From Cyanophora paradoxa CCMP329 (taxonomy: Eukaryota; Plantae; Glaucophyta), in contig QPMI01000317.1 of assembly GCA_004431415.1 (NCBI GenBank), positions 1 to 47,162 of the forward strand: a stretch of DNA of 47,162 nucleotides, read 5' to 3'. Positions 10,995 through 22,436 of this stretch are shown here, one piece after another. The notes under the pieces are model-generated. The model saw nothing but the letters and a program-made list of their open reading frames with translations. It was not told the DNA's origin and ran no database searches. How positions within the stretch are numbered: position 1 is the stretch's first letter; every line of letters begins with the position of its first letter. The position numbers were made by a program, and so were the translations under genes.

Positions 10995-13900
10995 CGTGCA
11001 CCTGACTCAGTGATCATGATGAGCCTGACTCGGAGCTCGAGTGTGACTCCTGCAACTTAAGCTTGCAAGTTGCCAAGTTGGCAGTGTACGTTCAACTTGG
11101 CACGCCGCACGCGCATATGCATGCGGCGCCATGCGCATGTGCGCACGTGCACGGTGCACCAGCCTGCCATGATCATGAGGAAAACCATCGATATCATGGG
11201 ATGCATATGAGTCTGCTGCTCGACTCAGTGACTCCTGCAGCAGAATCCTGCTGAGTCCTGCAACTTGGCAAGCTTTTAAGTTGGCATTGTTCGATGATTG
11301 TTGGCAACTTAGTGGCAATGGCAATTGCAAGCTCCATCATTCATCATTCATGCCATATGCATGCATATGATGATCACGACTTGCGAGTTATTTTTTGGAA
11401 ATTTCTACAGTGAATTCGAATTCGAACTTCGAAGTTGTTTTTGAATCACTCCGATTCACTCGCCGTCGAGTCGCCGTCGAGTACTAGTCGGCGTCGACTC
11501 GCCGAGCTCGACTCTGCTGCTCGAGGCCCGAGACTCGGGCCGAGAGACCCGAGCCGCGAGTGACCCGAGTGACCCGCGAGTCACGCGACCCGAGAGTCCG
11601 ACGGTCGGCGACGGTCGCCGGCGCCGCGGCCGGTCCCGGGGACCCTCGAGCTCGGGAGTCGGGAATCGGGATGCATTCATGACTTGCGATCTAGGTTTTC
11701 GAAATTCGAATTCGGACCGTTTTCCGGCCGTTTTCAGAGTTTTCTTCAGCAAATCACAAATCAAGCTTGACTTTTTCCGGTCCGATTTTTTCCCCATTCC
11801 CAGCCCTGCGATTGGTCGGCCATTCCCAGCCCTGCGATTGGTTATCACAGGCTCTAACCGGCCTGCTGACCACGCGAGCGGCGAGCCGGCTCGCGATCGA
11901 GCAAGCCTGACAAGCCGGCGCCGGCTCGTAAGTTAAAAAGAGTCGTAAGGGACTCGTAAGAGTCGTAACTAACTTAGAACACACGTGCTCTCTCAGAGCC
12001 TAGATCTCTAGATCTCTGCGGCTCTGCCAGGCTGGTGGCACACTGGCACCGTGGCAGACCGTGCCACGGTGGAGCCTGCGGGCCAGGCTGCGGCCCGTAG
12101 CCTGCCAGGCTGGGCCGTAGGCTGCGGGCCTGCGACCCTGCGCGCAGCTGCGCGCGCATGCGGCGGCATTGCGGGAATTTGCGGCCGCGGGCCCGCCGGG
12201 CCGCCGCCGGCCCGCCGGGGCCGGCGGCGCGGGCGCGCGGCGAGTCGGCGGAGTCGCCGGCGACTCCGAGCCTAGAGGCGAAGTACGTTACGCGTGAACA
12301 GTGAACTTTCAAGTTTAAATTTGCTTCCGATTCAGAAGTTCCGAACTTCAAAAAGGCTTCGGAAGTTCGGAATTCAAAGCAATTTCGAATTCGGAAGTTC
12401 ACGTTTTTCCGCGGGCCCGATCGACTCGGCGAGCGCGCGCGGCGCGCGCCACGGTGCGCGCGGCGCCGTGCTGCCACGGTGCTGCCAGGCTGGCACGGTG
12501 CGCATGGGCGGCATGGCTCGGCAATGAGAGTCGGCACTGCGGCATTGGCTCCGCATGCTGCTCCGAGCCTGCTCGACGGTGCTCGCTGCATACCGTAGAC
12601 TCCGTAGTACGTAGCGTCGTACGCATCGGACCGCCGTCGGTTTGGAGTCTTCGCCGAGTTCGGCCTATAGACTATAGTTGAAACCGTTTTTTGAACGTTA
12701 ACTGTAGGCCTGAGGACCAGCGCGCGCGCGCGCTAGCGCAAGGTCCTAACTTTGACCCCAAATTTTAAGGCCGCCGCCAGTTGCAGCCTTGCAGGCTAGT
12801 GCTTTCCCCGACCCGGAGACCGGCGCTGCAGCGGCGTATACGTACGCGCGCGTATACGCACGCTTACGCGCGGGAGTTGTGCATGCCGTCGGCGTCTGCA
12901 GAAATGTGCAGGGAAAACTACTCCAGCGCCGCCGGCGCCGCCGGCGGCCTCAGCGGCCTCTTGAGGCTTCTGCTCAGCGAGCGCGGCGCCGGCCCCACCA
13001 AAGTCGAGTCGGAGAACGATATCGATTGCGTCTCCCGCTTCGGCACTGCCGCTGGTGCGAGCTCGAGGCTCGCGCGGCTCTCGAAAGCACTCGCCGCGCC
13101 GCGCCGGCGGATGCCCGGCCCCGACTTCGATTTGTCTGACCGTCGGACGCCGCGCGCAGGCGGGAGGGACGGCGCGGTGGGCCACCTTCCGGCGCTGCCG
13201 AAGACGGCCATCGTGTGCCGGCCAGACGACGAGCTCGCAATCGCCCGCCTCAAGGTCGACCTGCGGGAGGCGCTCGCGACAGTGATCAGCCTCGACGACG
13301 ACTGCGACAGCGACTGGACCTCCCCGTGCACCTCCGCCGCCGTCTCTCCGACGGCCACTCCGCTGCCCGGCCTGAAAGTCAACGTCAACGCCAACTCCGG
13401 ATCGATATCCCCACGCGACTCCGCCGCCGGCGCCCTGCCGCCCCTTCGAAAGCCCGCGCGCCACGGCTCCCTCCCCGGGCTCTCCCGGGTGCCCCTCCTG
13501 GTCCCCGTCAGCGGCTCGCGCCCCGCCTCCCCTGTCCGATTCGTCGCCCACCGCGGCCCCGCCCATCCAAACACGCGTGCGCCCTGGCCGCCCCCCGCCC
13601 CCCGCCCCCCTCCCCCCCCCCCCCCCCCCCCCCCCCCATCCGAGCCTGCTCCATGCGCAATTAAACTTGCACCGGCCTCTGATCCGTCCCGGCCTCCGGA
13701 TCCCGCAGCCGTGCATGCCCGCCTCTGCGCGCTCCCTTCCAAATCAGCATCCGCGCCGGCCAGCGCTTCGCACCTTGGATGCGCCTGCCACATTAACGTC
13801 CTCCTCGCCGGTAAGCCTTCCGAATTTTTCGATGTTCCCCCCTTCAAATTCAAAATCCATTAGATTTGCGGACGGCCTCTGATATATATTTGAATTTCGA

Positions 13901-15150
13901 TTGGCGCAGATGACTGCCCCCTGAACCGTATGCTCGGGGCTCGCGTCTTCACCTCCTATTGCCCGCACGCCCGCGTGGACGTCGTCAGCGACGGACAGGT
14001 GCCGGACGGCCACTCTCCGCGCGCCTTGGAGCGAGAGTGACTGACCGTCGGACCGCCGCCGGCGCCGCGCGCAGGCGGCCGTCACTGCTTTTGAGGAGGC
14101 GGCGGAGCGCGGGCAGCCGTACGACGCGTGCATACTCGACATCGAGGCGAGCGCGGCCCGATCGCGATTAATATTCGAAGAATCTCTTTGCTTTTCCGCC
14201 CCGCTGACGCTGCGCCGCATTGCCGCCCGCAGATGCCGCACAAGAACGGGCTCGAGGCGGCTCGGGAGATCCGGAGGCTGGAGCGGGCCCAGAGGCGGGC
14301 GCGCCCTGCCCGCCTCCTCGCGTGGTCGACATCCACGCGGCTGTGCGGAGAGACGGGGACCGCAGTCGATCGCGAGCCCGACTGCCACGACGCCGGCTTC
14401 TCTTCGACGTGCCCCAAGCCGGTGCAGCCGGTGGTGCTCCTGCGCGCGGCACTCGCGGGGCTCCAGCACGACCCGGCGTGCCCGCTCGCCCCGGCGACCC
14501 CCAATTGCAAGCCCCGCAGCGGGCCCCTCGCCCCGCTCCGCCCCCACGGGCTCGCCGGCGCCCCTTTAAATTTGCCTGCGACTTCGTCATCGCTGTCCGC
14601 CCAGCTTCGGATGTGAGCGGGTGCCTTGCGATCGGCGCACCCACCGGGCCAGCGCCGTGAGGGGTTCTGATACTCTGAGCCTCGGAGCTTTTTCGCTGCT
14701 GCATAATCTGCGATCGCGAGTCCTTTGAAGCTTTTTCCACCACCTCTAAAGAAATTAAATCGGTACAGATCGGCATCGTCGTAGCTGCATAAATCAAATC
14801 GGCACAGATCGACATCTTCGTAGCTGCATAAATTAAACAATCTTTATCTAATAGATAGATTTGAGTTTTCACCGAGTTTCGAGCCTGCCAGGCCCTGAGG
14901 ATGAGTTTCGTTGCGAGAATGAGCTTGAAAATTCAATCGGCTTTTCGGGCCTCTCTGGGCCCTTTCCCAGGCGTTGGCGCCTGTTTCGGTGTCAGCCTTA
15001 GAAAATAATCAAGTAATCTTTCGTACATAATCTTTCACATGTAAGTTTACTTCACGTACTTTACGCAGTACCCTGATAAAGACAGTGACAGTACATTTCA
15101 TAGCACGTAGAACTGCAGTAGATAATTATATAACGTCGAACTCATGATTA
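10995..15150 (+). repeat. Segmental duplication, copy 1 (~4.2 kb), carrying the REC gene
   Basis: 10995-11500 matches 15960-16824; 11500-11840 matches 29292-29550; 12300-15150 matches 30300-30400 plus 30990-33673. Homology ends at gtcgaactcatgatta in both copies. Confidence 0.85.
12883..14616 (+). CDS. Response regulator: Pro/Ser-rich N-terminus plus receiver (REC/CheY-like) domain, copy A
   Basis: Exons 12883-13576, 13709-13810, 13910-13998, 14075-14146 and 14233-14616 splice in frame to INVLLADDCPLNRMLGARVF...VDVVSDGQAAV...YDACILDIEMPHKNGLEAAREIR...LLAWST...AGFSSTCPKPV. The acidic pair, phosphoacceptor D, S/T and K are all present. The start codon is uncertain. Confidence 0.88.
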
Positions 15151-15806
15151 GCTATAGTTGCTATAGCTAGCTTTCAGATTTAAAAGCCGTGCCAGTCGGT
15201 CCGACGATTCAATGATTCCCCAATGCACTTAATGGATCACTATCTTATATTTAGTTTCGGTAGAGCGCCCGGCCCACCAGCGGTTTTACTCTGCAGGCTG
15301 CTGATTCCGGATCCTGCGCGCGTGCATGCACGAATATTAATCACTGAATGTTCTTACATAATTAAGCTCGAGCATCGATTTGTAACCCTGGGTCCTCGCA
15401 GTATAACCCGGAGTCCTCGCAGTATACATTCGAATTCTCGGCCACTGAGCTCATGCACGTGTAGGACAGCCGGGACGTCGACGCACCCCTCCGCACCGAC
15501 GTTAACACGCGGACGCTGCGCGGGCGGTTCGAATTCGAATTCCTCGGGCAGCGAGGACCCGTCCGATCGATGTTAGCTAGGCAGTACTGCAGTACTGCAG
15601 TACTGCTTGCTGCCAGAGCTAGCGCTAGAGGCGCTGGCCGGGCGTGGAGGTCGCCCGTAGGCTGATTGAGAGCTAGCGCTAAAGGGGGGTGGGGGGTGGG
15701 GGTGGGGTGGCCATGGGGGGTGGGGGGTGGGGGGCCGGGGGGGGGGGGGGGGGGGAGGGGGGGGGGGGGGCCGCCGATTGCAATTGCCACAGGGTATACG
15801 TAGCTA

Positions 15807-15935
15807 TAGGGTTGCCACAGACTCCACGTGCACAGTGCCACTTACGACTTACGTATATATATATATATATATACAGCATTACGTGGAATTCGAAGTCCGT
15901 AAGTTTAATTTAAGTCGCGACTTACAACTTACGCG
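15807..15935 (+). mobile_element. Decayed third hAT-like terminus
   Basis: tagggttgccac followed by ccacttacgacttacg and gacttacaacttacg motifs. Confidence 0.4.
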
Positions 15936-17238
15936 CCCCCGGATGGGACTCACTGCCGTAAGGTGTACCTGATGAGCCTGACTCGGACTCCCGGGAGCTC
16001 GAGTGTGATGACTCCTGCCAGGCTGAGGAGTCAGGACTCAGGAGTCAGGACTCTCCGGTCTCTCGTCGTGCACACGACGTGCAGCAGCCTGAGCAGAGTC
16101 AGGAGTCAGGGAACTCACTGAGTCAGCCTCACTCAGGGCCTGCAACTCAGTGACTTAAGCTTGCAACTTGCAAGTTGGCAGTGCATGTTGCAAGTTGGCA
16201 CGCGCATGCGCACGTGCACCGTGCACGGTGCACCAGCTGCAGCCAGGCTGCCAGACCAGTGCCAGTGTGCCACCACTGGGCCAGCCTGCGCAGGCTGCGC
16301 CACCAGTGGCCCACCAGCCTGCTGGCCCAGTGCTAGCGCTGGCCCACTGCGCATGCGCATGCTGGGCCATGAGGAAAACCGTGGGTCTGCTGCTCGACTT
16401 CTGCACGTGCACGGTGCACCGTGCACCAGCCTGCCATGCGGCCCATGCCATGCCAGGATGATCATGAGGAAAACCATCATGGGATGAGTCTGCTGCAGTG
16501 CTGCTCGACTCCTGCAGCAGAGTCTTAATCTTGCTGAGTCCTGCAAGCTTTTAAGTTGGCATTGTTCGATGATTGTTGGCAACTTAGTTGCAATGGCAAC
16601 TGCAAGCTTTGTTGAAGCAAGTGACGAGATTCATCATTCATGCCACATGGATAATGATGACGACTTAGCCTGCGAGTTAGTTTTCTTGGAATTTTCGAAT
16701 TCTACGTAGTAGTACGGTAGTACGTATACAGCGAAACTGAGCGAATTCGAATTTCGAAGTTGTTTTCGAATCACAAATCGAGCTTTATCGACTCGCCGAG
16801 TCGCCGTCGACTCGGCGTCGACTCCACTGGGAGACACCGGTGGTTGTTACCCCGGGGTAAACTTGAACATGTTACCCCGGGGCAAAAGAATGCCGTTTGT
16901 ATTGCCCCGGGGCAACAAGTTCAAGTTTACCCCGGGGTAACAACATCGTCAGCCAATCAGATTCGTTTGCAACTGGCTCACGGGATCACGTGAACGACTC
17001 TGATTGGTTGTTTTTTTATCTTTTTTCCCAAAATGCGATTGATTTTTTGGGATCTGCCAATCGTGTTCTTCTTATTGAAAAACAATCCAATCACAGAGCT
17101 AGCTAGCCACATATATACAACTAGCTAACGCTACTACTACTGTTACGCTAGCCATTGTAGCCAAGTACATAGCTAGCTGCTAGCTATCTAGCTACGGTAG
17201 TAGCTACTAGCTACTAGCTACTACTAGTATACTATACT

Positions 17239-18905
17239 AGGGGCGCGAGCACCTGTTTCCGGGCAGATGATGCTTATGCACGCCCTGCCGCAGTGCTGGA
17301 GACGCCAAAAGCGATGGTCAGCCCCAGAGCAAGGAGCGGAAAGCGGAACCTATAGCTAACACCTACAGGCCCAGCCGGCAGCCCCGCTCGCTCGCTCACC
17401 TCCGAGCAGCGGGGCCGCCAGCAGACCCCACCACTCGGTCAACTCCGAGCGGCAGGGCCAGCCGAACTGCGCTATTGAAAAGGAGGGGCGCAAGAACCTC
17501 TTTCTGGGCCGATGATGTTTTTGCACGCCCTGCTGCAGACGCCAAAAGCGATGATCAGCCCCAGAGCAAGAAGAAGTGGAACCTATACCTATAGCTAACA
17601 CCTACAGGCCCAGCCGGCAGCCCCGCTCGCTCGCTCACCTCCGAGCAGCGGGGCCGCCAGCAGACCCCACCACTCGGTCAACTCCGAGCGGCAGGGCCAG
17701 CCGAACTGCGCTATTGAAAAGGAGGGGCGCAAGAACCTCTTTCTGGGCCGATGATGTTTTTGCACGCCCTGCTGCAGACGCCAAAAGCGATGGTCAGCCC
17801 CAGAGCAAGAAGAAGTGGAACCTATACCTATAGCTAACACCTACAGGCCCAGCCGGCAGCCCCGCTCGCTCGCTCACCTCCGAGCAGCGGGGCCGCCAGC
17901 AGACCCCACCACTCGGTCAACTCCGAGCGGCAGGGCCAGCCGAAGTGCGCTATCGAAAAGGAGGGGCGCGAGCACCTGTTTCCGGGCCGATGATGCTTAT
18001 GCACGCCCTGCTGGAGACGCCAAAAGCGATGGTCAGCCCCAGAGCAAGAAGAAGTGGAACCTATACCTATAGCTAACACCTACAGGCCCAGCCGGCAGCC
18101 CCGCTCGCTCGCTCACCTCCGAGCAGCGGGGCCGCCAGCAGACCCCACCACTCGGTCAACTCCGAGCAGCAGGGCCAGCCGAACTGCGCTATCGAAAAGG
18201 AGGGGCGCAAGAACCTCTTTCTGGGCCGATGATGCTTTTGCAAGCCCTACTGCAGACGCCAAAAGCGATGGTCAGCCCCAGAGCAAGGAGCGGAAAGTGG
18301 AACCTATAGCTAAAACCTACAGGCCCAGCCGGCAGCCCCGCTCGCTCGCTCACCTCCGAGCAGCGGGGCCGCCAGCAGACCCCACCACTCGGTCAACTCC
18401 GAGCGGCAGGGCCAGCCGAACTGCGCTATTGAAAAGGAGGGGCGCAAGAACCTCTTTCTGGGCCGATGATGTTTTTGCACGCCCTGCTGCAGACGCCAAA
18501 AGCGATGGTCAGCCCCAGAGCAAGAAGAAGTGGAACCTATACCTATAGCTAACACCTACAGGCCCAGCCGGCAGCCCCGCTCGCTCGCTCACCTCCGAGC
18601 AGCGGGGCCGCCAGCAGACCCCACCACTCGGTCAACTCCGAGCGGCAGGGCCAGCCGAACTGCGCTATTGAAAAGGAGGGGCGCAAGAACCTCTTTCTGG
18701 GCCGATGATGTTTTTGCACGCCCTGCTGCAGACGCCAAAAGCGATGGTCAGCCCCAGAGCAAGAAGAAGTGGAACCTATACCTATAGCTAACACCTACAG
18801 GCCCAGCCGGCAGCCCCGCTCGCTCGCTCACCTCCGAGCAGCGGGGCCGCCAGCAGACCCCACCACTCGGTCAACTCCGAGCGGCAGGGCCAGCCGAAGT
18901 GCGCT
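17239..18905. repeat. 239/237-bp tandem array, about 7 units, inside the CACTA element
   Basis: Recurring ORFs at 17356, 17595, 17834, 18310 and 18549 give a 239-bp period with one 237-bp unit. Confidence 0.97.
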
Positions 18906-20039
18906 TCCAAAAAGAAGAGGACTGCGAACCTTGATGGCGGAACCTACGAAGAATCCCTTGATGGCGCGCGAGCATTCCTGCCGCGAGAAGTAAGCAGACG
19001 AAAGAAGCCATCCAACAGCAAGAGCGGCCGCGGAAGGGCTGGGCCGGGCACGCGCGCGGCCCCTCGCGCGTTCTGGGCGCGCGCGACCGCGGAAGGGCTG
19101 GGCACGAATCCCAGCGCGTTAAAAGATCTGCATGATTTGCATAAGCAAGCTGATGCAGAGCAGTAGACTATCGTGCGACGCGCGCGGCACAATGACCATC
19201 GGCAACGTCATCGTCGCACGATGGTTGGCCGCTCGTCGCAACAGTCGCAGTTGAAGGCAGTGGTAGATGCGCTGACGCGTTAAAAGGCGTGGCGCTGCGC
19301 TGCGCTGGCCAGATGCGCAGCTAAGAAGAGGAAATTTGAAATCTAAGGAGAGGAGGCGCCGGCCAGCATGCCAGAGGAATGCTCACGAACCTGCAGAAAG
19401 GGCCTGGAACCGAGGCGTCGCCCCAAAGGGCTGGTGGCTCGCTGCAACAACCTACTGCAGAGCATGTATCCCCCCAATCCTCCCCCCCCCCTCCGCCCCC
19501 GGCGGCCTACGGTAGCATAGCTTCGGCCTTGCGCCGCAACAGTCGCTGCAGATCAGCTGCAGAGGAAGCGGGGCGCGCTTGCCCTTAGCGAGGTGCACCG
19601 CGCGCCCGAGCAGAGTGCCGCGAGGCTGACGGTGTGAGCTTGCAGCGAGTGCCGCGGGGCTGACGATGTAACGAAGATGTGAGCTTGCAAGCTTGCAGCG
19701 CAGTTCGCTGGATTGGCCGCGGGCCGACGTCAGCCCGAGCGCCGCCGCCCGGCCGCCATTCAACACTTGCTTTGGGTGCGTCGCCCGAGCCTCGGGGCAG
19801 GGCTGCGTAGCTGCGGATTGCAATCAGATTGCTTGCGATGCGATCAATCACAATCGACGAGCTTCTGTGAAGGTACGGCATGGGGGCCGATCGGCCGCCT
19901 GGGCGCCGCCCGAGCCTCGGGGCGGATCGGGCGCGGCCGCGGGCGGGGCGGGTGCAATCATTGCTTATCATGTGAGCCTCGGTGCAGGTTGCGCTGGCGC
20001 CCGCCGCGCCCCAGCCCACCCCGCCCCGGCGGGGCGGCA

Positions 20040-21000
20040 AGGCGCTGCTCGCTGCTCGAGCGAGGCGCTACGTCGCTGCCCCCCGCGCCCCGGCCCGCCC
20101 CGTCAGCTCCTCCCCCGCCCTCCTCTCCTCCTCCAGCGGCGGGGCGGCACGGCGCTGCTCGCGGCGGCCGAGCGAGGCGCTACGTCGCTGCCCCCCGCGC
20201 CCCGGCCCGCCCCGTCAGCTCCTCCCCCGCCCTCCTCTCCTCCTCCAGCGGCGGGGCGGCACGGCGCTGCTCGCGGCGGCCGAGCGAGGCGCTACGCCGC
20301 TGCCCCCGCGCCCCGGCCCGCCCCGTCGGCTCCTCCCCCGCCCTCCTCTCCTCCTCCAGCGGCGGGGCGGAACGGTGCTGCTCGCGGCGGCCGAGCGAGG
20401 CGCTACGCCGCTGCCCCCGCGCCCGGCCCGCCCCGTCGGCTCCTCCCCCGCCCTCCTCTCCTCCTCCAGCGGCGGGCGGCACGGCGCTGCTCGCGGCGGC
20501 CGAGCGAGGCGCTACGCCGCTGCCCCCCGCGCCCGGCCCGCCCCGTCGGCTCCTCCCCGCCCTCCTCTCCTCCTCCAGCGGCGGGCGGCACGGCGCTGCT
20601 CGCGGCGGCCGAGCGAGGCGCTACGCCGCTGCCCCCGCGCCCCGGCCCGCCCCGTCGGCTCCTCCCCGCCCTCCTCTCCTCCAGTGGCGGGCGGCACGGC
20701 GCTGCTCGCGGCGGCCGAGCGAGGCGCTACGTCGCTGCCCCCGCGCCCCGGCCCGCCCCGTCGGCTCCTCCCCGCCCTCCTCTCCTCCTCCAGCGGCGGG
20801 GCGGCACGGCGCTGCTCGCGGCGGCCGAGCGAGGCGCTACGCCGCTGCCCCCCGCGCCCCGGCCCGCCCCGTCGGCTCCTCCCCCGCACTCCTCTCCTCC
20901 TCCAGCGGCGGGGCGGCACGGCGCTGCTCGCTGCTCGAGCGAGGCACTACGCCGCTGCCCCCCGCGCCCCGGCCCGCCCCGTCGGCTCCTCCCCCGCCGG
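20040..21000. repeat. ~110-bp GC-rich minisatellite, about 8.5 units
   Basis: Unit ggcgctgctcgcggcggccgagcgaggcgctacg...cctcctctcctcctccagcggcggggcggcac recurs at 20041, 20151, 20263 and onward. Confidence 0.95.
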
Positions 21001-21675
21001 TACCGGGTCCCTTCTTCTGGGCCAGATGTTGCTCCTCTCCATCGCTCTCCGCGTCTCCCTTGGATAGTGAGTCATCGAGATAGTCATGTGCAATCAATCC
21101 ACGCGTTTTCCCGTTGCCCCCGTCTCAGTGGTAGGTGCCACTGCAGTACCACTCTCGCATAGGCGCCCTGTGCGCCCAGCACGCCCCGCGGCACTGGAGA
21201 TGAATAAAGCCGATGCGAATTACATCGAAGCACATCAGAGCACAATCCAACGTGTCCACTGAGCGCGGGCAAAGGGTCCGAGCGTGATCCCAAGTCCTTG
21301 CCACCACCACCGTCAGCGACCGAACGCAGCAGGGCACCCTGCACAGCATGCAAGCGGTGCGCAACAGAGTTAGCCTTGCATAAGAGCGCAGCTGGCGCGG
21401 GGGTTCAGCCAGGATGCGCACCGGGAGCGACCAGCACCAGGGGCGCAGCGGCCACCAAGCCAGTCAACGCGGCGGAACCACCCAGTGCGCCCCGCGTAAG
21501 CTGTTGATATAGGCGATGCTGCGCGTGAGCTGCGAGCGTCGGACGAGGTCGCGGTTGGTCGCTGGCTGCCGAGCGGGAGGGTGCAGTGGACGGACCTCAT
21601 CATCGTGCGCAGGCGAGGACGCCGACCATCCACGAGACCTTCCAGCATCTTACGATCCTGTATGAAGCACGTTAG
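21000..21675 (+). repeat. ~675-bp direct repeat, second copy at 27967-28641
   Basis: gtaccgggtcccttcttctgggccagatg...gaagcacgttagg is nearly identical in both copies. Confidence 0.95.
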
Positions 21676-22436
21676 GTCACACAAGACAGTCCGCTGAGGA
21701 CCGACTGCACCTGCGCCCGCCCTGCTACACGCGGCCAGGGCGTCGCGGCCACGCAACCGCGCGACCAGCCCTGATGCTTGTGTGAGCCCCTTCGCAGCAG
21801 GGCAGTGAGACGGTGGCGTGAGGCGCGGCGGAGAGGCAATGCGCGGCGGTACCTTCCAGCTGACCACAGACAGCCCGAGCGGCCCGCTCCTTCTTAGCTA
21901 CGTCACGCCTAAAGCACTAAGATCGCGATGGAGCAGCTCCGCCATGGCAGAATTGCGGTCGATGCGTGCTGCCCCGAAAAAGGGCGCTCCTGGGCGCTTC
22001 CGGCGGTCAGATCGCTTCTCACCGATAGCTGCGCACTTCGAGCCAGTCGGAGCGGTGCTCAGATGCAAGCAGGATGGCCTAAAGTTCAGGATATCTTGTA
22101 CCCCCAGCCAGTACACCCCCCTCTCTCGGAAACGGCGCGCGGAAACAGGATCGAGTCTGCAGCTGTTTGACAATTATAATTGCAAGAGCGCGGAGCCAGT
22201 GGAACCTTACTTGTCCGCCATCAAGAGGGATGCTAAGGGAATACCAAGGTTGCTCACGTGCACCAAAATCTGCCCTACACGTACAGTACTAGTAGCTCAG
22301 GCCTGGCTCTCAAGCTTAAGGCTGAATGTGTGCAGGGGTCCCGTGTGCCTAAGTAAGCTTTTTATATGCCCAGAATCATGACTGCAAAGCCCTAGGCAGA
22401 GAGCTAGGCATTGTTTCCTTCGGTTCCCAGCCAAGC
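21556..22436 (+). repeat. Left arm of an ~880-bp inverted repeat
   Basis: Reverse complement of 26849-27732; ORFs are mirrored (21898-22173 minus = 27114-27389 plus). Confidence 0.97.

Noticed and set aside
19693-21162. Long 361-489-aa ORFs
   Set aside because: All three frames are open because of a stop-free GC minisatellite.
21470-21530. Minus-strand peptide SIAYINSLRGAHWVV as a Ulp1-like protease motif
   Set aside because: A stop follows within a few codons and no downstream Q..DCG motif was found.
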